From positions 11,235 to 25,316 of the forward strand of contig JALTLO010000033.1 in assembly GCA_027001995.1 (NCBI GenBank): a DNA stretch of 14,082 bases, written 5' to 3'. The notes below the pieces were generated by a model. That model searched no databases, was not told where the DNA came from, and saw only the letters and a list, made by a program, of their open reading frames with translations. The translations under genes and the position numbers were made by a program. This document shows, piece after piece, positions 1 to 8,364 of this stretch. Numbering within the stretch: the first letter of the stretch is position 1; each line of letters begins with the position of its first letter. Source of the DNA: Planctomycetota bacterium. Lineage in GTDB: Bacteria > Planctomycetota > GCA-002687715 > DRQF01.

Positions 1-217
1 GGGCACCATTTTCGATCTGGGCGTAAAGAACCCCCGTTGAACCAGATGTAAGCACAACTTCTTGACCAAATTCTTCTGTGTAGCTTTTGCTTAGCTCTCT
101 GAGAATCGGAGCAAAATTCGACGCGACAGCAACACGAAGGCTGCCTTCGTCTTTGGCCTCTTTTCCACAGCCCAAGAGCAGGCTGCAAACGATGGTCAAG
201 AAATAGATCATTCGCAT
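1..217 (-). CDS. modA: Molybdate ABC transporter substrate-binding lipoprotein (5' part; truncated by window edge)
   Basis: Not in the ORF track. Manual translation from ATG at 217: MRMIYFLTIVCSLLLGCGKEAKDEGSLRVAVASNFAPILRELSKSYTEEFGQEVVLTSGSTGVLYAQIENGA(P). Shows a lipobox (LLGC) and the ModA N-terminal motifs VAVASNF and GSTGxLYAQIxNGAP. Confidence 0.92.
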   Translation of the reverse strand, partial: MRMIYFLTIVCSLLLGCGKEAKDEGSLRVAVASNFAPILRELSKSYTEEFGQEVVLTSGSTGVLYAQIENGA

Positions 218-222
218 GACTG

Positions 223-252
223 ATTATGCCCCTTCTGCCCAGGACTACGCAA
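223..252 (-). promoter_or_regulatory. Putative sigma70-type promoter of modA (TTGCGT-18-CATAAT)
   Basis: Minus strand: TTGCGT (252-247), 18-nt spacer, CATAAT (228-223), then 5 nt to the ATG at 217. Confidence 0.5.
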
Positions 253-270
253 GTCACCTTCTCTGACTTG
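250..270. promoter_or_regulatory. Inverted repeat CAAGTCA-N7-TGACTTG, candidate transcription-factor site
   Basis: Perfect 7-bp arms at 250-256 and 264-270 in the divergent modA/lpxD intergenic region, overlapping the putative modA -35. Confidence 0.35.
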
Positions 271-379
271 AAGACAAGGCCTCTCAGGTGCATGATGGCG
301 AAAAGAAACAACAAGCGCCCCAAAAGCTCTTGGTTTAGGGCAACGGCCAGAAAAATCTACCAAGGATCATTGTATAGCT

Positions 380-1405
380 ATGAAACCGATCGCACTGACC
401 GATATCTCTACCCTGGTGGACGGCCAGATTGTGGGGGACGAAAACATCAAGATCAGCGGGGCCAACAGCCTGGACGCTGCTGGGGCCAAGGAGATTTCTT
501 TCTTCGAGGGCGACAAGAACTTAAGCCGTGCCAAGTCCTCCCAAGCCGCGGTCTTGGTATGCAAAGAATCCGTTGAGGACGTCTCTGCAACTCTGGTCTT
601 GGTCAAAAACCCCAGAATTGCCTTTGCCAAGATTCTCCGCACATTCTTCGACCCCCAGCCGGATCCTCAGGGAATACATCCTCAAGCCTGGGTCGGGGCT
701 AACGTCAAGATCGGTTCATCCCCGGACATTGGTCCCTTCGTCTCCATCGCCGAAAACTGTCGAATCGGCGACCGGGTTCGCCTGAGCCCCGGTGTCTCTC
801 TGGAAGAAGGCTGTGTTTTGGGAGACGATGTTGTCATTCATAGCAATGTCTCCCTGCGCAGACGCTCCTGGATTGGGAACCGTGTTCGAATCCAAGACGG
901 TGCCGTCATTGGCAGCGATGGTTTCGGCTATGTTCAGAATGAAGGGCGCAACGAAAAGGTTCCTCAGCTGGGTATCGTGGTCTTAGAGGACGACGTTGAA
1001 ATTGGCGCGAATACCACCATCGACCGAGCCGCCTTCGGAGAAACTCGCGTCGGCAAGGGAACCAAGATTGACAATTTAGTCCAAGTGGCCCACAACGTCG
1101 AAATCGGATCTGGAACGATCATCATCTCTCAAGTGGGGATTTCAGGTTCAACCAAGATTGGTGACTATTGCATGATCGGTGGTCAAGCAGGCATTATTGG
1201 CCACATCCACATTGCTGACCAAGTCATGATTGGAGCTCAAAGTGGTGTCACCAAACACATCTCTCAGAGAAGTTTTGTCTCGGGGTCGCCAGCGGTGTCC
1301 CATGCCAAGACCCTGCGGGCTCAAGTGATCTTCCCCAAATTGCCGGAAATGCGAGAAGAGTTAAAGCGCCTCAAGAAGGAACTCAAAGAACTCCGGGACA
1401 ACTAG
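380..1405 (+). CDS. lpxD: UDP-3-O-(3-hydroxyacyl)glucosamine N-acyltransferase
   Basis: 341 aa. N-terminal LpxD domain (ISFF...NPRIAFA), hexapeptide left-handed beta-helix repeats, motifs [18 protein letters not shown] and [12 protein letters not shown] (catalytic His), and a C-terminal helical tail. Confidence 0.97.
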   Translation: MKPIALTDISTLVDGQIVGDENIKISGANSLDAAGAKEISFFEGDKNLSRAKSSQAAVLVCKESVEDVSATLVLVKNPRIAFAKILRTFFDPQPDPQGIHPQAWVGANVKIGSSPDIGPFVSIAENCRIGDRVRLSPGVSLEEGCVLGDDVVIHSNVSLRRRSWIGNRVRIQDGAVIGSDGFGYVQNEGRNEKVPQLGIVVLEDDVEIGANTTIDRAAFGETRVGKGTKIDNLVQVAHNVEIGSGTIIISQVGISGSTKIGDYCMIGGQAGIIGHIHIADQVMIGAQSGVTKHISQRSFVSGSPAVSHAKTLRAQVIFPKLPEMREELKRLKKELKELRDN

Positions 1406-1439
1406 GTTGGGTCTCTGATCTATGGCCAAACACCAAAGC

Positions 1440-2444
1440 TCAGCTCAGTTCACCACGCAAGCTCACTCCCAAGCGATACTTGACTTGGTCGGTGGGCAAA
1501 CCCAACTCGATGAGATACATCATCTTGGTCATGAGGGCTTCCACGGTCATGTCCAAACCACTGATGGCTCCTGCCTGAGCCAGGGCCGAGCTGGTGGCGT
1601 AACCCCCTAAATCAACGGTGCCATCGGAGCATTGACTGGCAATCGCCACCACAACCCCCCGTCTGCAAGCTGATTCAATGACGGCGGGGATCTTCCCGTC
1701 TTGCACGGGTGCATTGCCAACCCCATAGCATTCCAACACCAAACCTTGGAGTGGCGGACGCAAAATGTTCTCCAAGATCTCGGCTTCCATTCCAGGAAAA
1801 ATTCTCAAAGCGCCCACCCGTGACCGTCCCAAGGAGTGAACCTTCAAAGCCCCATGGGGACTGCGACGAACAAGATCGTCCCGCACCTTGAAACCTGTGG
1901 CCACCCGGCCAAGAAAAGGGAAATTGGGAGAATCAAAGGCTTTCAAGGCAGCAGAACTCACTTTAGTCGCCCGATTGCCCCGCAAGAGTCGACCACCAAA
2001 ATGGATACAGACCTCAGGAATTGAATAGTCCCCCGCCAAAGTCATGGCCTCAACGACATTCCGATAGCCATCGCTCCGTATGCGGCAAAGAGGGATTTGG
2101 GAACCAGTCAAGATCACTGGCTTTCTCAACCCTTCCAACATGAAAGACAAAGCCGAGGCCGTGTAGGCCATGGTGTCCGTGCCGTGGAGGACGACGAAAC
2201 CATCGAACTCCGTATATTTTTCCTCGATGATAGAGGCAATGCGGTTCCAATCTGTTGGGCGCATATTGGCGGAATCGAGAATAGGATCGAATTCCTCGAT
2301 GACGAAATCGGGTAATTCTGGAGCCCCCACAAAGTCCAAATGATTGAATATATCGAGGAATTCCCCGGGCTTAGGGACGAACCCCCCAGCCCCAGGAACC
2401 ATGCCAATCGTTCCACCGGTGTAAGCGACAAATACGCGACTCAT
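1440..2444 (-). CDS. ansA: Type I (cytoplasmic) L-asparaginase
   Basis: 334 aa, no signal peptide. Motifs YTGGTIGM, HGTDTMAY, LTGSQIP, GNRATK, FDSPN and C-terminal LRGEL are typical of AnsA. Confidence 0.95.
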   Translation of the reverse strand: MSRVFVAYTGGTIGMVPGAGGFVPKPGEFLDIFNHLDFVGAPELPDFVIEEFDPILDSANMRPTDWNRIASIIEEKYTEFDGFVVLHGTDTMAYTASALSFMLEGLRKPVILTGSQIPLCRIRSDGYRNVVEAMTLAGDYSIPEVCIHFGGRLLRGNRATKVSSAALKAFDSPNFPFLGRVATGFKVRDDLVRRSPHGALKVHSLGRSRVGALRIFPGMEAEILENILRPPLQGLVLECYGVGNAPVQDGKIPAVIESACRRGVVVAIASQCSDGTVDLGGYATSSALAQAGAISGLDMTVEALMTKMMYLIELGLPTDQVKYRLGVSLRGELS

Positions 2445-2540
2445 GCTTTTGGAGGCCTTTCGAAAGACTAAGAGAGCAATTCCTTATAACCAGGAAGCAA
2501 ACTCGGGCAAAAAGGGCAGCCAATTTGATGCCAATCAAGG

Positions 2541-2546
2541 TATGAT
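2541..2546 (+). promoter_or_regulatory. Putative -10 element (TATGAT) 6 nt before the GH113-like start codon
   Basis: TATGAT-cgggcc-ATG(2553). No good -35 at 17-nt spacing and only a weak, distant AAGG. Confidence 0.45.
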
Positions 2547-2552
2547 CGGGCC

Positions 2553-3584
2553 ATGAGAATTTTCATCATTTTGTGCCTCATGGCAACGTGCTGGCCCGCT
2601 CTCGCCCAAAATAAGAGAACCAAGTCGGAAGAAGTCCGAGGCATGACCATTTCTTGCCGGGGTTCGGGCCGAAGCTGGGGCAGCGATGCTATGGTGGAAA
2701 CCATGAGGGGCCTCAAGCAAATGGGGGTCAACTGGATCACCATCCATCCTTACGGAGGAATTCGCAATAACGGCCAAGTGACCAGCCGTCTCATCGGCGC
2801 CAAAGAGGCACCCAACTGGATTAGCCGCCCCATCCGCGAAGCCCACAAGCTGGGGCTAAAAGTCCTCATGAAACCCCATATTGCCTATTGGGGCTCCAAG
2901 TTTAGCTGGCGAGGAGAAATCGAGTTCACCAAGAAAGAAGAACTCGACCGTTTCTACAACAGCTACCAGAATTGGATCGTCACTTTGGCCCGGATGTCCA
3001 AGGGAGCAGACGCCTTCGTCGTGGGAACAGAATTGGACCGTTTCGTTGGTCACAAAAACCGCTGGCAAAAAATCATCAAAGCCGTTCGTGGAGAATACAA
3101 AGGGGCTCTCACCTACGCCGCCAATTGGACTGATTTCGAAAAAGTCACTTTTTGGCAAGATTTGGATGTCGTGGGCATTCAGGCCTACTTCCCGCTTTTA
3201 TCCGCATCTGCATCTCCCAAATTAGATCCCACGCGGGCAAACATCCGTCAAGGTTGGCAATCCATAACGAAGAGAATGCGTCATCTCGAAAAACAGACTG
3301 GCAAGAAAATCTGCTTCACAGAACTTGGTTACAATCGATCGAACAAAGCACCATTTGAGCCCTGGGACTACGCCACAGGAGGCGCGAAGGCCGAAGAATT
3401 GCAAAAATTATGCTTAGAAGAGGCGCTCAGGGCCATTGCCGCTGAGCCGGCCATTGTCGGTTCATTCTTGTGGAAGTGCTTTCCGGGCAAGCACCAACCC
3501 AGAAACTTCAATATGCACTCCCAAGCCATGCGTGACACGATTCAGGCCCAATGGCAGCGAAAGAAAAAGACAAAAGACTCGTAA
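2553..3584 (+). CDS. Secreted glycoside hydrolase, GH113-like (clan GH-A TIM barrel)
   Basis: 343 aa with a Sec signal peptide (MRIFIILCLMATCWPALA|Q). Motifs MKPHI, VGTEL (putative acid/base Glu), LTYAANW, GIQAYFPL and FTELGY (putative nucleophile Glu) match GH113-type proteins. Substrate cannot be inferred. Confidence 0.8.
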   Translation: MRIFIILCLMATCWPALAQNKRTKSEEVRGMTISCRGSGRSWGSDAMVETMRGLKQMGVNWITIHPYGGIRNNGQVTSRLIGAKEAPNWISRPIREAHKLGLKVLMKPHIAYWGSKFSWRGEIEFTKKEELDRFYNSYQNWIVTLARMSKGADAFVVGTELDRFVGHKNRWQKIIKAVRGEYKGALTYAANWTDFEKVTFWQDLDVVGIQAYFPLLSASASPKLDPTRANIRQGWQSITKRMRHLEKQTGKKICFTELGYNRSNKAPFEPWDYATGGAKAEELQKLCLEEALRAIAAEPAIVGSFLWKCFPGKHQPRNFNMHSQAMRDTIQAQWQRKKKTKDS

Positions 3585-3765
3585 TACAAAGGGTGCACCG
3601 GGGCTAAAGTCCCACCAGGCTACACTTTGAGCGAATATACCCCACAGAAGACATGTCACCTCGATTGCCCCGCAAAAGAGCGATAAGATCAAAGGTAACT
3701 TGGCCCATGTCGCCAGTTTCATTGGAGATAGACCCCTTATGTTGTTGTCAAAAAAGATAGGAATC

Positions 3766-5595
3766 ATGCACAACCTCAATCGATTCGGAATCTTGGCCGT
3801 CCTGCTCGTTCTTGGACTCTTAAACTCCTCCTGTGGCGACAGTGCAGACAGCACGACAAGCGGCGATTCAAGTACCGCCGAAATCGCTCGCCAGAAGATG
3901 GAAGAGGCTGGCAGCAATATCGAAGACCTCAACAACGTTCGCAATTGGATCAAAGGCAAGATCGCCGCTGGGGACCCAGACGATTTAGACCTGCAATTGC
4001 TTTCATCAGACACCGCTTCAAAGATTGTCTCTTCCTTCAAGAAACTTGTTCAAGGTGTAGACGAAAGCAACCCCAAAAAAGCAGCGCAACTTCGCCATTG
4101 GGCCGAGAAAATCATCGACGCTGAGAAAGGAAAGGCGGTTGGGGAGCGCGACCCTTTAGCCAAGAGTCTGGCTAAGCAAATGGACTACCTATGGGAAATC
4201 GCCCTCAAGGCCGATCCGAACAACAATGATCTGCGCCGCCAACTGGGTTACGTCGAAGACACCAAGGACTTAACCTCCTATTTGTCTCTCCCCTTCATGG
4301 ACGAAGACAAAGACATCAAGATCATCGAAGACCTAATCGAAGCTGTTGCCGAGGCGTCCGTCAAGAGCCCTGATGGAAAGAAATGGCTACCGAAAGATTT
4401 CCCTAAAATGAAGGCCTACAAGGGAATTGACGATCTGGTGGCAAAGCGAAAAGCTGAGCACGAAGAAAAACTCAAAGACCCATTCACCAAAGCGGCCTAT
4501 CAGCTCTTAGCCGAGACAAAGGAATATCTTAAGAACAAGAAGAACCTCTCATCCTATAAATGGGTTGGGCGCGTACACCACCCCTATCTTTTCATTGTTG
4601 AGAGAGACAGTGGCTGGAATGAATCGAAAATAGCCGAGAAGAAAGGCAAACAGATGGACGAGCTCATCCATCTCTTCCACGGCGAATATTCCAAAACATT
4701 CAAGCTCAAAGAAATCACATCCCCCATGCCTATCGTGATTTTCAAACGTCTCTCCTCCTATCGGCAATATGCGGTAGGTAAGACCTTGCAGGGGGCTTTA
4801 GGACACTTTGAACACGGTTCCGATCGCATCATTCTCTCAGATGAGGCCGGTCGAGACACCATGTACCACGAAGGTACTCACCAACTGATCACATACCACA
4901 CCAAAGGAGATACCGTCTCCAACTTCTTGAGTCGATCCTATTGGTTCCAGGAAGGCGTAGCTGAGTACTTCGGCGGCACCGCAGCATTCCTCGATCCAAA
5001 AACCAAAGAACTCCGTTTCGAGTTAGGTGTACTTCAAGGGGGTCGCCTTAACGGTTGGCGGCAAAACGAAGAAGCGGCATACACCCTTTGGCAACTCCTG
5101 GGCCTCACCTTTGCCGACCGCCAAATGAACATTGCCAACGGCAAGCAAAACAAGAACCTCATGGTGTATGCCCAAGGATGGCTCTTGGTCTACTTCCTCT
5201 ACAATTTCAATGTCAACGACAAAGATATGGTCCTCATAACAGACCGGCCAACGGGAAAATATAAGCAGGGCTTCCTCACCTACATGAAGGGTGAGCTAGA
5301 CGGAAAGACCGGTCGCGATTTCTTCCTCAAGTGCTTGGGTCTGTGGGACGAAAACTCCAACAGTGTCGACCTCAAGAAATGGGAAAAATTCGAGCTTGAG
5401 TACAATCGCTACTACAACTGGCTGAATCGAAAGTTGGTCATGAGAAACCACGTCTTGAATCGCAAGTTGATCCCCTGGCAGAAAGTCACCAACAAGGGAA
5501 AAATGATCGGCGACGAAGAAGACGACATCTTGCCTGTTGAGGTGTTGCCAGGAACCCTCGCTGACCGGATGAAACCACCCACTAACGACGACTAA
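3766..5595 (+). CDS. Exported (probable lipoprotein) HEXXH zinc-metallopeptidase-like protein, DUF1570/peptidase MA-like
   Basis: Start re-called to ATG 3766 (AGGA SD upstream), 609 aa. Signal MHNLNRFGILAVLLVLGLLNSSC with an atypical lipobox. HEGTH at 4867-4881, then WFQEGVAEYF 23 residues later and YAQGWLLVYFL downstream. Confidence 0.78.
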   Translation: MHNLNRFGILAVLLVLGLLNSSCGDSADSTTSGDSSTAEIARQKMEEAGSNIEDLNNVRNWIKGKIAAGDPDDLDLQLLSSDTASKIVSSFKKLVQGVDESNPKKAAQLRHWAEKIIDAEKGKAVGERDPLAKSLAKQMDYLWEIALKADPNNNDLRRQLGYVEDTKDLTSYLSLPFMDEDKDIKIIEDLIEAVAEASVKSPDGKKWLPKDFPKMKAYKGIDDLVAKRKAEHEEKLKDPFTKAAYQLLAETKEYLKNKKNLSSYKWVGRVHHPYLFIVERDSGWNESKIAEKKGKQMDELIHLFHGEYSKTFKLKEITSPMPIVIFKRLSSYRQYAVGKTLQGALGHFEHGSDRIILSDEAGRDTMYHEGTHQLITYHTKGDTVSNFLSRSYWFQEGVAEYFGGTAAFLDPKTKELRFELGVLQGGRLNGWRQNEEAAYTLWQLLGLTFADRQMNIANGKQNKNLMVYAQGWLLVYFLYNFNVNDKDMVLITDRPTGKYKQGFLTYMKGELDGKTGRDFFLKCLGLWDENSNSVDLKKWEKFELEYNRYYNWLNRKLVMRNHVLNRKLIPWQKVTNKGKMIGDEEDDILPVEVLPGTLADRMKPPTNDD

Positions 5596-5636
5596 ATAGC
5601 GTGGTCGTGAAAGACGACTAACGCAAGTCTGAGCCC

Positions 5637-5689
5637 AAGAAAAGAAGCGGCAATCTGATGCGATTCAGATTGCCACTTCTTTTTTTCTT
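5637..5689. terminator. Bidirectional intrinsic terminator between the convergent HEXXH genes
   Basis: AAGAAAAGAAG-c-GGCAATCTGA / loop TGCGAT / TCAGATTGCC-a-CTTCTTTTTTTCTT: a perfect 10-bp core stem with a T-rich tail on both strands. Confidence 0.85.
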
Positions 5690-5699
5690 AAGTCTCAGT

Positions 5700-7280
5700 T
5701 TAGTTGGACTCTTTCTTCTCGTCTTTTTCGATCCAGGTATGATTCTTGATCACCCCTGGAGTCCTATAGGCGTCGGTCATTTTGTCTAAGTAATCGAAAT
5801 ATTGCACTTCAATCTTGTCAAATTCGGCATCAGAGAAGAGTCGGCGCCAGACTGTGAGCCCCACATCGCCATCTTCAATCTGGAGTTTCATGATCTCCAA
5901 GAATTTGTCCTTGTAGATGCCACCCATAAAGTTGTTGAAGAAATAGACCATAGCCCAACCTTGGGAATAGACATGGCTGTGAATCCGCTGAGCGATGTAC
6001 TCCTTGGCTTTTCCTTTTTCTCGTGCCCTTTCCATCTTGGCGCGAGACCAAGTGAGGAGCTCGATCATAGTAATGCGATTCTTATTGTCTTTGTCATCCC
6101 TGGCCACAGATTCAATGCGGTTATTGATGCGGCCAAACTTAATTTTCCCGTCTTCGATGGCATGGCCAGCAAAATACTCCGCAACCCCTTCATCGGACCA
6201 CATAGCACCGTAGGCACTTAAGTGAGACTTATTGGTGAAATAGTGCATCACTTGATGGGTGCCTTCATGGAACATCACTTCCCGGAAGGCATGTTTCTTG
6301 TCGCCTTTGCTGATACGACCACCAAAATCAAGAGGCACGCAAAGGCGACGCTTGTCCGGTTCGTAGTGAGCCAGAGCAAAGGAGATATCACGCTCAGGGT
6401 TCTTGATGCGGTTGTAGTTGGCGTAGTCTTTGTACTTGCGGAACAAAACGATCTTGATTCGACTGTCTTTGTCCTTAGGTTCTAATTTCAAGGTGCCATC
6501 GAAGTAACGTTGAAACTCAGCTTTGAGCTGCACCATCCAATCGTAAACTTCAGCAGCAATCTCCTTCTCGCCCCCATCTTTATGAGCCTGAACCATGAAA
6601 ACATAGGGTTCATGGGCAATCCCAATAAAAGGCTCAGGCAAGAGACTGTCATCAGCGCCCCGCAAATGGACTTCCCGACGGCGAGTGAAGTCATTGAAAG
6701 ACTTCAGATCAGCATCAGCACCCGACAAGAATCGATCTGCCTTGGCCGAACTGATTTTCGCTATAAGCCTCTTCTTCCTTGCTCGTAGTTTCTTGTCGGC
6801 ATCCCAGCGTTCACGCTTGTAAGTTTCCACATCCTTGACGAAGGCGTGAATCTCTTCCTCAAGCTCCTTACTGATGTAGAGATGCCCCAGGTGTTTAGTT
6901 ATGTCCTTCATTTTCTTGATTGTCTTAGGTGCTCGCCCAGTGACACGAACATGCTTGGGTGCTGTCTCTTGATTGCTCACGGCCCCTGCATCAAAAACAC
7001 TGGAGCCCTTTTTCTTGGGCCCAGCGTCGGCGACTTTGGTCTTCTTGTCGACCTTGGGATCTTCCTTCTTGGGGCTGTCAAATACGCCCAATCCGAAAGC
7101 CGCACCACCGATAACAACGACTGTCAATACGACGGCCAAAACCGCCTTGTTTGGTCCCCCACCTGAGGAGGGCTTGGATGATCGGCTGCGACTGCGGGAC
7201 TTTCCTGAACTTCCACTCGAGCGCTTAGCGGGGGCACGTACCGGTGCCCGTCGCGCTGGTTTGTCGTTTTCTTCTGACAT
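5700..7280 (-). CDS. Single-pass membrane HEXXH zinc-metallopeptidase-like protein, DUF1570/peptidase MA-like
   Basis: Start re-called to ATG 7280 (GGGAG SD upstream), 526 aa. Ser/Arg/Lys-rich N-tail, one TM helix (AVLAVVLTVVVIGGAAFGLGVF), HEGTH at 6269-6255, WSDEGVAEYF 21 residues later, YSQGWAMVYFF. Confidence 0.78.
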   Translation of the reverse strand: MSEENDKPARRAPVRAPAKRSSGSSGKSRSRSRSSKPSSGGGPNKAVLAVVLTVVVIGGAAFGLGVFDSPKKEDPKVDKKTKVADAGPKKKGSSVFDAGAVSNQETAPKHVRVTGRAPKTIKKMKDITKHLGHLYISKELEEEIHAFVKDVETYKRERWDADKKLRARKKRLIAKISSAKADRFLSGADADLKSFNDFTRRREVHLRGADDSLLPEPFIGIAHEPYVFMVQAHKDGGEKEIAAEVYDWMVQLKAEFQRYFDGTLKLEPKDKDSRIKIVLFRKYKDYANYNRIKNPERDISFALAHYEPDKRRLCVPLDFGGRISKGDKKHAFREVMFHEGTHQVMHYFTNKSHLSAYGAMWSDEGVAEYFAGHAIEDGKIKFGRINNRIESVARDDKDNKNRITMIELLTWSRAKMERAREKGKAKEYIAQRIHSHVYSQGWAMVYFFNNFMGGIYKDKFLEIMKLQIEDGDVGLTVWRRLFSDAEFDKIEVQYFDYLDKMTDAYRTPGVIKNHTWIEKDEKKESN

Positions 7281-7419
7281 CTGAAACGATACTCCCTGTC
7301 CTAAGACTTTCTTGTTCGGTGGGCCAGAGCCTTCTTCTGAGAAGGGTCGGCATGTTTGCTCCCGGAGGTGATTTGGACACCCCTGGGGACTCTCTTCTTC
7401 TGCCAATTCTCAGGGTTTT

Positions 7420-8364
7420 CTATCGATTCGCCAAGGCCTGAGTCATTTTCTCTAGATTCTCGGCCATAAGAGCCAAGAAATCGCCGGGATTCGGCCCTCG
7501 ACAAAGTGCTGGATCTTCCAATGGGCTGAACACAACGCATCTCATGGCGAATTCATCGTGCAACTGAGCGACGATGTCAGGGTGTGGCTCACTTTCCCAC
7601 AACATAACCTTGGCATCATGCCCTTTGACAGCCTGCTTGACCTTCTCCACGTCATCTGGACTCAATTTGCCGTCAGGAACTAAGTTCAAAGTGACCAAAT
7701 TGAGTCCGAATCGACGGGCAACATAGTTGTACGCTGGATGAGATGCCAAAAGGGGTACGCCTTTTGCCATTCGCCTCAAGGTCTCAAATTTCTTGACCAA
7801 AGCTGCCATTCTTTGATCCAAAGTTAGATGACGTTTGCGAAACTCATCTTCCCGGTCTGGCAAGAGGCGAATGAGACCAGCCAAGATCGCTTTGGCTTGG
7901 GCCCTGGCGTTCACAGGATCGAGCCAGGTGTGCCCATCCAACCCGGCATGGCTGTGTTTTCCACCAATGCCGTGATTGTGGCTCATGGCTTCTTTGATGT
8001 AGATAAATTCCTCAGAGAGAGAACTTGCAGACTCTATAACCCGTGAAGTGGGCAAGCTGATGTTCTTAGTCCATCGTTCGAAACCCGCACCATTGGTCAC
8101 AATGAGATCGGCTTCTTGAAGATGAGCGATTTCCTCATCATTGGGTTGCCAAAAGACAGGATCGGCACCGTCAGGCAAAGGGCAAGATAAGTCAATGCTG
8201 TCCTGAGCAATTTCTTTGGTCAAATAATAGACCGGAAAGAAAGTCGCCAGAACCATGGGCTTGTCACGCTTTTCTCTTTCCTTTGATTGTTGACCTGCAC
8301 CACAGCTCAGCAAAAAAGAGCAAGTGAGTAAGCAAAGGAAGAAGCACAGTACTTTTGCTTTCAT
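7420..8364 (-). CDS. Metal ABC-type substrate-binding lipoprotein, ZnuA/TroA (cluster A-I) family, atypical ligand set
   Basis: 314 aa with lipobox LLSC. Motifs ATFFPVY, ADLIVTNGAGFE, His-rich loop SHNHGIGGKHSH followed by DGHTWLDP, SHPAYNY, FSPLE. Start overlaps the ATPase stop (ATGA, 8364-8361). Confidence 0.88.
   Translation of the reverse strand: MKAKVLCFFLCLLTCSFLLSCGAGQQSKEREKRDKPMVLATFFPVYYLTKEIAQDSIDLSCPLPDGADPVFWQPNDEEIAHLQEADLIVTNGAGFERWTKNISLPTSRVIESASSLSEEFIYIKEAMSHNHGIGGKHSHAGLDGHTWLDPVNARAQAKAILAGLIRLLPDREDEFRKRHLTLDQRMAALVKKFETLRRMAKGVPLLASHPAYNYVARRFGLNLVTLNLVPDGKLSPDDVEKVKQAVKGHDAKVMLWESEPHPDIVAQLHDEFAMRCVVFSPLEDPALCRGPNPGDFLALMAENLEKMTQALANR

Noticed and set aside
281..289. 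CTCTCAGGT resembles the 3' motif of a glycine riboswitch aptamer
   Set aside because: The upstream GGAGA and CCGAAG elements are absent and the downstream gene (lpxD) is unrelated to glycine metabolism.
218..379. Moco riboswitch or ModE box upstream of modA
   Set aside because: No recognisable motif on the minus strand, and the candidate promoter leaves almost no leader.
2455..2468. Short palindrome CTTTCGAAAG in the ansA leader as a regulatory hairpin
   Set aside because: Only about 5 bp of stem, too weak to distinguish from chance.
2501..2510. ACTCGGGCAA also present at 11794-11803, both in divergent intergenic regions
   Set aside because: 10-bp matches are expected many times by chance in 14 kb, and the flanks do not extend the match.
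3700..3765. ORF-track start at 3700 for the first HEXXH protein
   Set aside because: It is a TTG that would bury the signal peptide. ATG 3766 has an SD and begins the signal.
3462..4040. 192-aa antisense ORF
   Set aside because: It overlaps two well-supported plus-strand genes and has no motif, so it is treated as a shadow ORF.
7281..7406. ORF-track N-terminal extension of the second HEXXH protein
   Set aside because: TTG start with a non-protein-like extension. ATG 7280 has a GGGAG SD.
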